In this document: positions 20,974 to 30,942 of the stretch, in pieces
Layout: each line of letters opens with the position of its first letter
How positions within the stretch are numbered: the stretch's first letter is position 1
DNA from: Bacillota bacterium
GTDB lineage: Bacteria > Bacillota > Sulfobacillia > SLMV01
Direction of reading: 5' to 3'
Assembly: GCA_046483165.1 (NCBI GenBank)
Contig: JAWODQ010000043.1
Span: 1 to 51,885, forward strand
DNA length: 51,885 bases
The notes under the pieces: model-generated
Databases searched by the model: none
Told to the model about the DNA's origin: nothing
The model's input: the letters and a program-made list of their open reading frames with translations, nothing else
Made by a program: the position numbers and the translations under genes

Positions 20974-21909
20974 ATGGCCGGGGATTTCGGTATCGGGATA
21001 GAGAGATATCGGGACATATTGGGACGAGATGTCCTGGACTTCGTCGCAAAGCATCTGCGCGAGAATTGGATTGAGTCCGGAGGCGAACGCATCCATCTCG
21101 ATGTCTTTGCCCGCGATGCCGGCTGTCCAACTATCGTGTTCTCGCACGGTTTGGTGGGCTACGGTAGGCTCCTCGCGCCCTACGCGTATAGACTGTACCA
21201 ACTCGGATACAACGTGATACTGCCCGATCTCGCCGGTTACGGGCACAATCGTGGGCTCCGCGGTCATTGGACGTGGGATGCATTGGTCGAAAATCTCACC
21301 GATGCCTGTTGTTACGCGAGGCAATCATTTGAAGGTGACGTCTTTTTGGCGGGAGCCAGTATGGGTGGATCACTCGCCTATCGGGCGCTGTGTAAAGGTG
21401 CACCGGCTCGGGCGATCGCGTGCTATTGCCTTTACGATTTTGGAGACGAGGAGCTGGCGCGAAAATCCTCTCCTTTCGGCTCTTTGCTTCCGCTCATGAA
21501 ACCCTTGGTGGGGCGGCTATCGCGGGTCTTGCCGCGGGTCAGAATACCGATATCGAGGGTATTACACTACGACAAACTCTCGGGCGACCCTGCGTTCAAC
21601 GAACTCCTTAGGACCGATCCGCTGGCAGGCAACAGTCTTAGCCTGCGGGCGATATCCGAGATGTTGAATGCCGCTTTACCGATCGAGTTTGAAGAATTCG
21701 ACCTGGCTCCCATATTGATCCTACAACCCGGTGCCGACGAGATGACCCCTCCACGATTTTCCCGAGAGTCCTACGATCGACTACATACGAGTCGTAAGAA
21801 GTACGTCGAGGTTGAAGGTAGGGGACATTGGATCCTCGATGAAGAGGGAATAGGCATCGTTTGCGTCGAGATGGACAGGTGGTTTGTGGCCGCACGAAAT
21901 GCGGAGTGA
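20974..21909 (+). CDS. Alpha/beta hydrolase (lysophospholipase/monoacylglycerol lipase-like)
   Basis: SHGL, PDLAGYG, nucleophile elbow GASMGG, D and H near the C-terminus. Start uncertain (20881-20974). Confidence 0.8.
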   Translation: MAGDFGIGIERYRDILGRDVLDFVAKHLRENWIESGGERIHLDVFARDAGCPTIVFSHGLVGYGRLLAPYAYRLYQLGYNVILPDLAGYGHNRGLRGHWTWDALVENLTDACCYARQSFEGDVFLAGASMGGSLAYRALCKGAPARAIACYCLYDFGDEELARKSSPFGSLLPLMKPLVGRLSRVLPRVRIPISRVLHYDKLSGDPAFNELLRTDPLAGNSLSLRAISEMLNAALPIEFEEFDLAPILILQPGADEMTPPRFSRESYDRLHTSRKKYVEVEGRGHWILDEEGIGIVCVEMDRWFVAARNAE

Positions 21910-22201
21910 GTCTTATCATAGGTCTTGCAGAGTCCGAATTAGGAGCGCTCCCGGTTAGTGGTGGCTGACAACGGAATCGAAGCATTGTCGCCTATGTCAC
22001 GGCGTAAATGGCGGCAAAATCGTTCACCGTTTCCATATTTGCTCCGGTATACCGATGTAATCTCGATCGTCCTGGCCTATCCTTTGCCTGAGTTTGTACT
22101 CGCCCGGGACTCTCTGAAGGATATGGAAGGTGGACGGGAGAAATCTGTTCCCAGGTGGGTAAACCTCATCACTCAAGATAGCATCAAGAATTGTTCGATG
22201 C

Positions 22202-23560
22202 TTGCCCGACGGAAAGAGGCCGTATTCCGTGCGCCAATGGTGGAGAGATCTAAACAGCAGAGCGTATTTCGTGCCCGTGTTATACAGCACACTGGGCTTT
22301 TTCATAGCCCTGTCGTTCATGTATGTGGATATACTCTACACAGAACGACTGCAATTCTTGCCTGACTTCATCTTCACCTCTCCGGCACTCGCCGACAGCA
22401 TTTTTTCAGCCCTTGTCGGCGCCCTACTAACCATGATAACCGTTTCCTTCTCCACGATCATGGTGGTTCTGACCCTCTATTCAGGACAATTCACGCCGCG
22501 AATTACCCGCGACTTCTTGGAGGGACGAGTGCCGCTTCGAGTCCTGGGGTTGTTCATGGCCTCCTTCATCTATTCCATAGTCTCGTTGTATTCATTGGAC
22601 AAGACGGAGGCCGGACAGATGTTGCTTTCCCCGTTTATGGGAGTTCTGCTCGCCATTGCCTGCCTCGGCTTTTTCGGGTACTTCATCCATCACGTGGCCC
22701 GATCGGTGCAGATCAACTACATAATTGACAGGATCGCCAACGGTATCAGCCGGGCGGTGGAGAACGACATCGCCGAGATTGAGAATAGCGACCATCTCCT
22801 GCGCTACCTGGAAGAGCGGCCCGAAGATCTCTCCGACGATCCGGTCACAGAAATCCCGATAGGGCAGCCCGGTTTCGTAAAGCACATCGATTACGATGCC
22901 CTGGTGGAGCTCGCGCGTCAGAACGGGTTGATGTTCGATTTACGCATGCGTCTGGGTGAGTACCTCGAGGAGGACGATACGGCGGTGGCGGTGCACGTGT
23001 ACAGTGACGGTGATTCCGCGGCGGAATCACTCGAAGATGACGTCCAGGCGGCGATTTCGTGCGGAGCGGAACGAGATACCGCAAGAGATGTCGAGTTCGG
23101 TATCATCAAGTTGGTGGAAGTCGCCCTGCGAGCCATCTCCCCGGGGATTAACGATCCCAACACTGCCATATACTGCATCAGCAAGCTCGGTCCCATACTC
23201 CGCAGAATAGGTCGCGAACTGGAGAACCTATATTACTACGACGAGGATTCGGTCGTGCGCCTTCACGTACAGAATATCCGATTCCGCGACCTGCTTTACT
23301 CTACGTATTATCAGCTCAGGACGTACGGGCAGCACGACATCTCGGTTCTGGCGGAGATGCTGGATTCGGTGGCCGAGATCGCCGACGGTGATCGGAGAGT
23401 GGCCCCGAGTGTCCTTTGGGATGTAGCCGAATATATGCTGTCCGGGATAGATTCGAACGATCTTCCCCAAATGGATAGAAGATATCTCAACGGAAAGATC
23501 CGCGATCTGGCCAGATCACTCCGCGTCGATCCCTCCGAGCTGCTGCTCAAATCCTCATAG
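22202..23560 (+). CDS. DUF2254 membrane protein
   Basis: FSTIMVVLTLYSGQFTPR and RAISPGINDPNTA motifs; N-terminal TM segments. Confidence 0.85.
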   Translation: MPDGKRPYSVRQWWRDLNSRAYFVPVLYSTLGFFIALSFMYVDILYTERLQFLPDFIFTSPALADSIFSALVGALLTMITVSFSTIMVVLTLYSGQFTPRITRDFLEGRVPLRVLGLFMASFIYSIVSLYSLDKTEAGQMLLSPFMGVLLAIACLGFFGYFIHHVARSVQINYIIDRIANGISRAVENDIAEIENSDHLLRYLEERPEDLSDDPVTEIPIGQPGFVKHIDYDALVELARQNGLMFDLRMRLGEYLEEDDTAVAVHVYSDGDSAAESLEDDVQAAISCGAERDTARDVEFGIIKLVEVALRAISPGINDPNTAIYCISKLGPILRRIGRELENLYYYDEDSVVRLHVQNIRFRDLLYSTYYQLRTYGQHDISVLAEMLDSVAEIADGDRRVAPSVLWDVAEYMLSGIDSNDLPQMDRRYLNGKIRDLARSLRVDPSELLLKSS

Positions 23561-23661
23561 TCTTAATCGGCGCGCTCTGGGGGCAATGGGGGGATGCGGC
23601 CCCTCGCGCGTTGGTATGAGCCACATCACCCGTCATTCCCGGATTGTTCCTCAACTTATCG

Positions 23662-24864
23662 CTAGTTGCACCATACCTCTCCGAGGACCCTCAGAGTATT
23701 CCCACCGATGACTTTCGATATGTCGACATCGGAGTATCCGTGTTTGACCAGCCAGCGGACGATATTGGGGAAGCATTCGCTGGGGTTTTCCAACCCCTCG
23801 ACGTATTCTACCTCTTCGAAATCCATATGTGCGTGAGATTTGCCTATGGATAGATGGGATTGGAAGGCGTGATGCAGACCGACGTGATCACCGTACAGGG
23901 TGTCGGGACCGAAGGTGACATGATCTATGCCCAGGAGATCGACGCAGTATTCGAAATGCTCCATGGATGATTCGATGGAATGAGAACGGTGGTCTTGTGT
24001 CAGGGTCGTGTGGGGTGCCGCTTCGATACCGACGAGTCCACCCTTTTGGGCGCAGGCTAGCAGGACTTCATCCGGCATCATGCGTGCCGTGTTCCACAAA
24101 GCGCGAGCGCCGGCGTGACTGATGAAGATGGGATCGTCGCTCGCCTCGATGGTATCAAGAGAGGTCCGGTCCCCGCAGTGGCTGACGTCGATGGCCATAC
24201 CTATCTGGTTCATTCGGCGTACCGCCTCGCGCCCGAAGGTGGTCAATCCACCGTCCCGGGTTTCGCGCAGTCCATCTCCCAGGGCATTGCTTTCGCTGTA
24301 GGTGATCCCCATCATTCGCACGCCCAGGCCGTAGAGGATTTCTAGTCTTTCCAGCTCATTTTCGATGGGTGTTGCCGACTCCAACGTGAGTACCAGGGCG
24401 ACTCGCCCCGTTTGTGCGGCGTACAGTATGTCGTTTACTTCCCGGGCTACGAGGAGAAACTTCTGGTGGTCTACATCACAGGTCCTCATCCCGATGTCGT
24501 GGACGACCTCGGTCCACTTCCATCCGTGCTTTGAGTGTATGAGCGTGGTGCCATCGAACATATTGTCAAATACTGCGTCCAAACCGGAATGGGCCAGGCC
24601 TTCGTAGGCGAGATGCCCTCGTCCGACCTGGGAGTATTCGACGAAGTCTGCCGTCGAGGCGGGATAGACCTGCGGGTGATCGTGCAAAGAGATGACGACG
24701 TTATCGCGGATCAGACCTCGTACCCTCGCCTCCTGCTCTTCGGTAACCTCGACCGGGTGGGAGGGAACGCGTTCCAGTTGCGCCGTCAGCCGGAACCTCC
24801 GGTAGTCGCGAGCTGGATCGAGATATTGATAGGGCAGATAACCGTCATACTTCTTGTCCTTCAT
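23662..24864 (-). CDS. Membrane (renal-type) dipeptidase, peptidase M19
   Basis: SLHDH, GLTTFGREAVRRMN, IDVSH, ISHAG, GIDHV and KVIGGN motifs; SD GGAGG. Confidence 0.88.
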   Translation of the reverse strand: MKDKKYDGYLPYQYLDPARDYRRFRLTAQLERVPSHPVEVTEEQEARVRGLIRDNVVISLHDHPQVYPASTADFVEYSQVGRGHLAYEGLAHSGLDAVFDNMFDGTTLIHSKHGWKWTEVVHDIGMRTCDVDHQKFLLVAREVNDILYAAQTGRVALVLTLESATPIENELERLEILYGLGVRMMGITYSESNALGDGLRETRDGGLTTFGREAVRRMNQIGMAIDVSHCGDRTSLDTIEASDDPIFISHAGARALWNTARMMPDEVLLACAQKGGLVGIEAAPHTTLTQDHRSHSIESSMEHFEYCVDLLGIDHVTFGPDTLYGDHVGLHHAFQSHLSIGKSHAHMDFEEVEYVEGLENPSECFPNIVRWLVKHGYSDVDISKVIGGNTLRVLGEVWCN

Positions 24865-25397
24865 GCCATTTTACCTCCCCGGGTATGGTGCCATCGGCGC
24901 ATCAAGCGGACGTCACAATTCCGCTTCGGTGCTTTACGGCGCCGGCCTGGTTTGAATGGAGTCGCCTCGGGGGTGCGGAAAAACCCCGGACTCTATCGAG
25001 CGGGAGGTGATGTCCGCACGTATTCCCGGTGAACGGAAACTCCTTCGGCGCATTGGAGCATATTCGCCGAACCCATGATGAGTAGGCTCCCTCGCCCTCC
25101 AGGAATCCTCGCGACATCTCCGTGGCCCGTCAAACCGAGAGGAGACATATCACGCTATCAACTCTCATGCTCCGCCGTCCGCCCGGAGCTTAGGATCGGG
25201 GCGGTTTGCGTTCGATGCCCTTTCGCAGAAACTATTCAATGTGCAGCGGCCACATACCTCTTCTCCCGCGGGGCAGGTGGGGTTTCGCCGGTGGAGAATT
25301 GATCGAATAGATAGTTCGCATATCATTCGCAACTCGATCGGAGCAGGAGGAGTAGAAGCAGCGTGAGCCGTGGATCTTCCGTTTGGAGGGAGAGACC

Positions 25398-26747
25398 TTG
25401 AAGATACTGATCAAAGGCGGTTCCGTACATTGCCTCGACGCAGACAACACAGTCCATCGTCCTGGATACGTACTTGTGGACGACGGTCGGATTGCCGCCG
25501 TCGGAGAGGGTCAACCGCGAGGGGAAGTCTCCACCGCGGATGAGATCATCGATGCCGAAGGGATGGCCGTCTTCCCTGGATTCATCAACACCCACTCGCA
25601 CGCCGTTCTCACGGCCCTGCGCGGAAGGGCCGAGGACGTAGATACCATCACTGCCGTGTACGGTTTGATGACACCGATCAACGAAGCCATGACTCCCGAC
25701 GAAAGCTATGCCCTGGCCCGGGGCGGTTTCCTGGAGATGTTGACCACGGGCATCAGCACTGTGGTGGAAAGCTCCACCAACATGGAGGCGGTGGCTCAGG
25801 CTGCCCGCGACATGGGAATACGGAGTTATTTGGTGGCCGGCAAGATCTACGATGCAGTCTTATCGCGCGTTTTGGACGGGGAGTATCATTTCGATCCCTC
25901 CATCGGTGAGCGCACCCTGGCTGAAGCGACGGAGTTCGTCGATCGATGGGAAGGTACGGCCGACGATAGATTGCGCTGCATGCTGGGCCCCCACGCGACG
26001 GACACCTGCAGCCGCGAGCTTTGGGAGAAGGTCGCGGGTTTATCTCGAGAACGCGACCTCGCAGTGACCACCCACGTACTTCAAAACACCCAGGAGAAAG
26101 CCCAGGTAGAGCGCCTGCACGGGGTACTACCCGTAGAACTCTTGCGCGATGTGGGGGTGCTCAACGAACGTCTACTGGCGGCGCACTGCGTCCACATAAC
26201 CGACCGCGAGACGGATATGATGGCCGAAGGCGGCGCCACCCTGGCACATTGCCCCGCCATTTTGGCCCGGCGCGGCAGTACCGGTCCGCTGGTGCCCATG
26301 ATGCAGCGGGGAATTAACGTCGGACTGGGAACCGACAACATGTCCGGGGACATGGTGGAGGCCATGCGTTTCGCCCTCACCGCGGCCCGGATTCGCGAGG
26401 GATCTTCGGACAATCCAAAACCGCATCACATCATGGAAATGGCTGCGGGGGGAGGCGCACGCTCCATCGGTCGTGCCGACGATCTCGGCAGCCTGGAAGT
26501 TGGCAAGATCGCGGACATCACTACGGTTTCCTACGATGTCCCCCACATGACTCCCATATACCCCGATACCGAGATATCCACGCTGGTCCATTGCGGCATG
26601 GGACGAGATGTCTCCTCGGTGATAGTAGATGGACAAATCCTCCTTCGCGACGGGCAGTTCCAGTCGGGAGATGCGCGAGAGATCATGCGAGATGCGCAGG
26701 AGGCCGCCACGAGTGTGCTCGGGCGAATTGGCGTGGAAGTGTCCTAA
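25398..26747 (+). CDS. Metal-dependent amidohydrolase (MtaD/SsnA/TrzA deaminase-like)
   Basis: PGFINTHSH, THV, AAHCVH, GLGTDN and GSLEVGKIAD motifs. Start set at TTG 25398 after GGAGG. Confidence 0.82.
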   Translation: MKILIKGGSVHCLDADNTVHRPGYVLVDDGRIAAVGEGQPRGEVSTADEIIDAEGMAVFPGFINTHSHAVLTALRGRAEDVDTITAVYGLMTPINEAMTPDESYALARGGFLEMLTTGISTVVESSTNMEAVAQAARDMGIRSYLVAGKIYDAVLSRVLDGEYHFDPSIGERTLAEATEFVDRWEGTADDRLRCMLGPHATDTCSRELWEKVAGLSRERDLAVTTHVLQNTQEKAQVERLHGVLPVELLRDVGVLNERLLAAHCVHITDRETDMMAEGGATLAHCPAILARRGSTGPLVPMMQRGINVGLGTDNMSGDMVEAMRFALTAARIREGSSDNPKPHHIMEMAAGGGARSIGRADDLGSLEVGKIADITTVSYDVPHMTPIYPDTEISTLVHCGMGRDVSSVIVDGQILLRDGQFQSGDAREIMRDAQEAATSVLGRIGVEVS

Positions 26748-26753
26748 AGACCG

Positions 26754-26787
26754 CGCGGGTTGAGGGTTCTCTGCCCCTCAACCCGCG
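26754..26787 (+). terminator. 13-bp stem-loop after the amidohydrolase gene
   Basis: CGCGGGTTGAGGG / CCCTCAACCCGCG perfect inverted repeat; no U tract. Confidence 0.6.
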
Positions 26788-27205
26788 AATTGACAAATGA
26801 TGGATACGAAAAGATTTCTTCAGTGGGTTTCCTTCCGGGAAGAAGCCCCGCGCGCGATGTGACCGCGCTAAGACAAATCCCTCCATAAAGGCGATTGTCG
26901 CATTTCGGATTGCTGCCGCTCGGCCTTCTTCCCCCTCCATTAAATCAGGCATATCTTCGCATTTCTCCTCGGGAGACCCGCGCAAATTGACGGGATACCG
27001 AAGAATGATTCGGTATTTGGCACTAATACATCCCGGATTCTTCCCGGGAGTTCTGCATTCGGTGTGCTTGCCTGATTTCGATATTCCACATGTTCCCGAC
27101 AAAAATGTCGATCAGCCCGGGAGGAGAGTGGGCTATCCCGTGGAATTAGTATAAGTCACGGCCGTGAAAACAACGCTACAGAGATAATGAGGAGGGAAAG
27201 ATCTG

Positions 27206-28879
27206 ATGAATAGGAAGCTCGCGATCCTTTTGGCCTTGCTTCTGATTGCCGGTTTGATGGTTGCCGCCTGTGGAGGCGACGAAGCGGCTCCCCCGGACGA
27301 AGCCGAAGCGGATGAGCCAGGGGAGGAAGCCTCCGAAGAGGAAGAAGAAGAGGAAGAGGCGGAGGAGACCAGGGGAGGCAACGTCGTCTTCTCGCACCAG
27401 CAGAAGCACGAGACGGTAGATGCCAACGTATGGACGGGCACCAACACCGCCCGCATCATGCGCCAGATTTACGATCCTTTGGTCTGGCAGCCCGAGCCGG
27501 GAGAGTTCGTCCCCGGATTGGCGGAAGAGTGGGAAATCTCCGAGGATGGTAAGGAGTTCACCTTCTATCTTCGCGACGACGTCGTTTTCCACGATGGTAC
27601 GCCGTTCAACGCCGAGGCGGTCAAGTTTACCTTCGACAGAATCGTCGACCCGGACAGCCGCTCTCTGCAGGTTCCGCGGATAGGTCCCTACGAGAAGACG
27701 GAAGTCATCGACGAGTACACCGTTAAGGTGTTCTTCACCGATCCCTTCCCTCCGTTCTTGAGTAACCTCTCGGAAGTCGCCTTGGCTCCCTGCTCTCCCA
27801 CGGCAGTCGGGGAAAAGGAGCGCGACGAGTATGCTCACTATCCCGTCGCCGCCGGTCCCTTCAAGGTCAAAGACTGGCCGGACGACAACACCATCGTGCT
27901 CGAGCGTTTCGAGGAGTACAATTGGGCTCCGGAATTCATGAACCACCAGGGTCCCGCGTATCTGGAGACCATCACCTATAAGATGATCGAGGAGAATACC
28001 ACTCGTCTCGTGTCCCTGGAGAGCGGGGATGCCAACATGCTCGATGCGCCACCCGCCGACGAGATCGAGCGGCTGGTATCGGGTGACGATTACGAGGTCA
28101 TCACCATCCAGACTCCGGGTATGCCCCTCATATTCCAGCCCAACGTGACCCGCATGCCCACCTCGGAGCTCGAAGTGCGGCGCGCGATCCTGTATGCGGT
28201 CAACCGCCAGCAGGTCGCCGACCTTCTGTCCTTCGGCGTAGACAAACCGGGTAACGGTCCCATCTCCAGCGCCACCTGGACTTACGATCCGGACATCGAG
28301 GATATGTACCCCCACGATCCCGAAAAGGCCAACGAGATCCTGGATGAGGCCGGATGGGAAATGAACGAGGAAACCGGCGTTCGCGAAAAGGACGGAGAAC
28401 CGCTTCGTATCCGCTTCGTGGCCAGCGTGGGCCTCAACACCCAGGCCGGCGAAATCGTGCAGGCCATGTTGGACGAAGTCGGCATCGAGTTCGTAGTGGA
28501 AGGTATGGCTTACGAGGCTACCGTGGTGCGGATGGCCGACAACGACTACGAAATGGGTCGTTTGGGCTACACGCTCTTGGATCCGCACGACGCCTTCTAT
28601 CTCGCATACCACTCGAGCCAGATTGAGGGCGGTGGCCAGTTTAACCGGTCGCGCGTCAGTGATCCCCAGCTCGATGAGTGGATCGAGGAAGGTTCCCAGG
28701 AAGTAGACACCGAGCGGCGCGCCGAGATCTATCGCGAGCTGCAGCATTACATCATGGACCAGGCCTATATTCTCCCGATCAAAGAGTCCTCGCTCACTCA
28801 CGTAATGGACGCCAACGTCAAGGGCTTCGCCGCGGATTCGCTCGGCCGGCCCTGGCTGTACAACGTCTGGGTAGAATAG
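27206..28879 (+). CDS. ABC transporter substrate-binding lipoprotein, family 5 (peptide/glutathione/nickel type)
   Basis: Lipobox VAAC, Glu-rich linker, PGLAEEW...FYLRDDVVFHDGTPFNAEAVKFTF, VRRAILYAVNR. Confidence 0.92.
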   Translation: MNRKLAILLALLLIAGLMVAACGGDEAAPPDEAEADEPGEEASEEEEEEEEAEETRGGNVVFSHQQKHETVDANVWTGTNTARIMRQIYDPLVWQPEPGEFVPGLAEEWEISEDGKEFTFYLRDDVVFHDGTPFNAEAVKFTFDRIVDPDSRSLQVPRIGPYEKTEVIDEYTVKVFFTDPFPPFLSNLSEVALAPCSPTAVGEKERDEYAHYPVAAGPFKVKDWPDDNTIVLERFEEYNWAPEFMNHQGPAYLETITYKMIEENTTRLVSLESGDANMLDAPPADEIERLVSGDDYEVITIQTPGMPLIFQPNVTRMPTSELEVRRAILYAVNRQQVADLLSFGVDKPGNGPISSATWTYDPDIEDMYPHDPEKANEILDEAGWEMNEETGVREKDGEPLRIRFVASVGLNTQAGEIVQAMLDEVGIEFVVEGMAYEATVVRMADNDYEMGRLGYTLLDPHDAFYLAYHSSQIEGGGQFNRSRVSDPQLDEWIEEGSQEVDTERRAEIYRELQHYIMDQAYILPIKESSLTHVMDANVKGFAADSLGRPWLYNVWVE

Positions 28880-28907
28880 GTCTCCAGCGAACGACGTAGC
28901 AAATCGC

Positions 28908-28940
28908 GCACCTGGGGGAGTCGCATCATCCCCCGGGTGC
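28908..28940 (+). promoter_or_regulatory. Intercistronic stem-loop after the binding-protein gene
   Basis: GCACCTGGGGGA / TCCCCCGGGTGC; typical position for stabilising or attenuating SBP mRNA. Confidence 0.55.
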
Positions 28941-29000
28941 TTGCGCCTACCGATGTGATCGCAAACGTTCGTCGGCACCGGTCGAAGGAGGTATCTTACC

Positions 29001-29966
29001 ATACTTATCTATATCCAGAAGCGGATTTTGACCGCCATTCCCGTCCTGATAGGGGTTTCGCTTTTGGTCTTTCTGATGTTGCACGCTTTGCCCGTGGATC
29101 CCGTTAAGTTGATGCTTACGGATCACGCCAGCGGGACGGCGCCCACCGCCGCGGGAACTATGACGGATGAGATGTACGAGAATATGAGGCACCAGCTGGG
29201 GCTGGACCGTCCCCTGCACATCCAGTTCGGAAGCTTCTTGTACGATGCGATACGGGGTGATCTGGGTAGATCCTATCGAAATGACAAAGCGGTATCCCGG
29301 ATGATAGCCGACAACATCGGGCACACGGCGGAATTGGCCTTTGCCGCGATGGGTTTGGCCATAGTGGTCGGCGTATCGCTCGGTATCTTTGCCGCCGTGA
29401 ACCGTGGGACGTGGCGCGATGCGGTGATTATGGCCGTTTCGGTGCTCGGGGTGTCAATGCCGACGTTCTGGTTCGGTCTCGTCCTGATACTGGTCTTCGC
29501 CCTGGGGTTGGGCTGGTTTCCGGCGATGGGTGCGGGGGGCATCAGAGCCCTGGTACTGCCAACGCTGGCCATGGGCCTGCCCACCTCGGCCATCATCGCC
29601 AGATTGACGCGGTCCTCGCTGGTGGAGGTCATGCGACAGGATTATATGACCACCGCCCGGGCTAAGGGATTGCGCGAGATGGTAGTGGTCACCAAGCACG
29701 GTCTCAAAAACGCGCTGATTCCCGTGGTAACCATAATTGGACTGCAATTCGGGGCACTTCTGGGTGGCAGTCTGATTATAGAGACGGTTTTCGGCCGCCC
29801 GGGACTCGGCTATATCGCGGTCAATGCCATCTGGAACAAGGACTTTCCGACCGTACAGGGGATGGTGCTCTTCATGGCGACGGTATACGTCTTCATCAAT
29901 ATCATCGTCGATATCTCCTACGCGTGGTTCGATCCCCGGGTCCGCTACGACGGGGGGAGTAAATGA
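29001..29966 (+). CDS. ABC permease, DppB/OppB-like (apparent ATA start)
   Basis: GLDRPL, GDLGRSY, EAA-like DYMTTARAKGL, LKNALIP and DPRVR motifs. SD AAGGAGGT lies 8 nt before ATA 29001; the ORF-track start is TTG 29028. Confidence 0.9.
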   Translation: MLIYIQKRILTAIPVLIGVSLLVFLMLHALPVDPVKLMLTDHASGTAPTAAGTMTDEMYENMRHQLGLDRPLHIQFGSFLYDAIRGDLGRSYRNDKAVSRMIADNIGHTAELAFAAMGLAIVVGVSLGIFAAVNRGTWRDAVIMAVSVLGVSMPTFWFGLVLILVFALGLGWFPAMGAGGIRALVLPTLAMGLPTSAIIARLTRSSLVEVMRQDYMTTARAKGLREMVVVTKHGLKNALIPVVTIIGLQFGALLGGSLIIETVFGRPGLGYIAVNAIWNKDFPTVQGMVLFMATVYVFINIIVDISYAWFDPRVRYDGGSK

Positions 29967-30853
29967 TGGCAGTTCCAGCTAAGGAGATGGTCGAGGAGCG
30001 GGAACTGGAGGCTTACTCTCCCGCCAAAGACCTGTGGCGCAGGCTGCTGAAAAGCCCCGCCGCGGTGGTCGGTGGTGTGATCTTGATCCTGATCATCCTC
30101 GCCACCATACTCGCAAATTACGTCGCCCCTTACGATCCCAACCAGATCAACGCCCTGGAGGCCTTTCAGGCACCCGGTCGCACGCACCTTATGGGTACGG
30201 ATCACTTCGGACGGGACATGTTGAGCCGGATACTCTTCGGAGGTCGCCTCTCCCTGGCCGTCGGAATTATCGCCGTAAGTATCGCCGCGACCTTCGGGAT
30301 TACCCTGGGAGTTCTTTCGGGATATATGGGTGGCTGGGTGGATTCTCTGATAAGTCGATTGATCGAGGTCATGCTGGCTTTCCCGAGCCTCCTTTTGACC
30401 CTGGGAATAGTGATCATTCTGGGGTCGGGATTGGAAAACCTCATGATAGCGGTGGGGATATCTTCGATTCCGCGGTTCGCGCGCATCGTGCGCGGCACGG
30501 TGATATCCACGAAGGAGAACGCCTATGTTCAGGCGTCGGTCGCGCTGGGGTGTTCCAGCTGGACCATCATGGTGCGCCACATTCTCCCCAACATCATGGC
30601 GCCGATCATCGTCTACGCCACATTGCGCGTGGCTACGGCAATACTGGTCGGAGCCTCGCTTTCCTATCTCGGTATGGGAGCACAGCCGCCGACGGCGGAA
30701 TGGGGTTTGATGTTGTCCGACGGGCGGGAGCACATGCGACGCGCCTGGTGGATAACCACCTTCCCCGGCGTGGCTATAATGCTCACCGTGATGTCGATCA
30801 ACCTGCTCGGTGACGGCCTGAGAGACGCTTTGGATCCGAGGTTGCGTTCCTAG
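29963..30853 (+). CDS. ABC permease, DppC/OppC-like
   Basis: HLMGTDHFGRDMLSR, YVQASVALG, HILPN and GDGLRDALDPR motifs. Confidence 0.93.
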   Translation: MMAVPAKEMVEERELEAYSPAKDLWRRLLKSPAAVVGGVILILIILATILANYVAPYDPNQINALEAFQAPGRTHLMGTDHFGRDMLSRILFGGRLSLAVGIIAVSIAATFGITLGVLSGYMGGWVDSLISRLIEVMLAFPSLLLTLGIVIILGSGLENLMIAVGISSIPRFARIVRGTVISTKENAYVQASVALGCSSWTIMVRHILPNIMAPIIVYATLRVATAILVGASLSYLGMGAQPPTAEWGLMLSDGREHMRRAWWITTFPGVAIMLTVMSINLLGDGLRDALDPRLRS

Positions 30854-30885
30854 CCACGGAGAAGAAACCAAGAGGCCGAAGTAGC

Positions 30886-30917
30886 CGTCGGGGACGCCAA
30901 ACATGGCGTCCCCGACG
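30886..30917. terminator. 14-bp hairpin between convergent genes
   Basis: CGTCGGGGACGCCA-AACA-TGGCGTCCCCGACG. Confidence 0.7.
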
Positions 30918-30942
30918 TTCCTTTCGGGAAGAGTGGCAGCAC

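Noticed and set aside
25343-25401. Short leader ORF (VSRGSSVWRERP) overlapping the amidohydrolase start
   Set aside because: SD-to-start spacing is too long and there is no regulatory codon run or attenuator.
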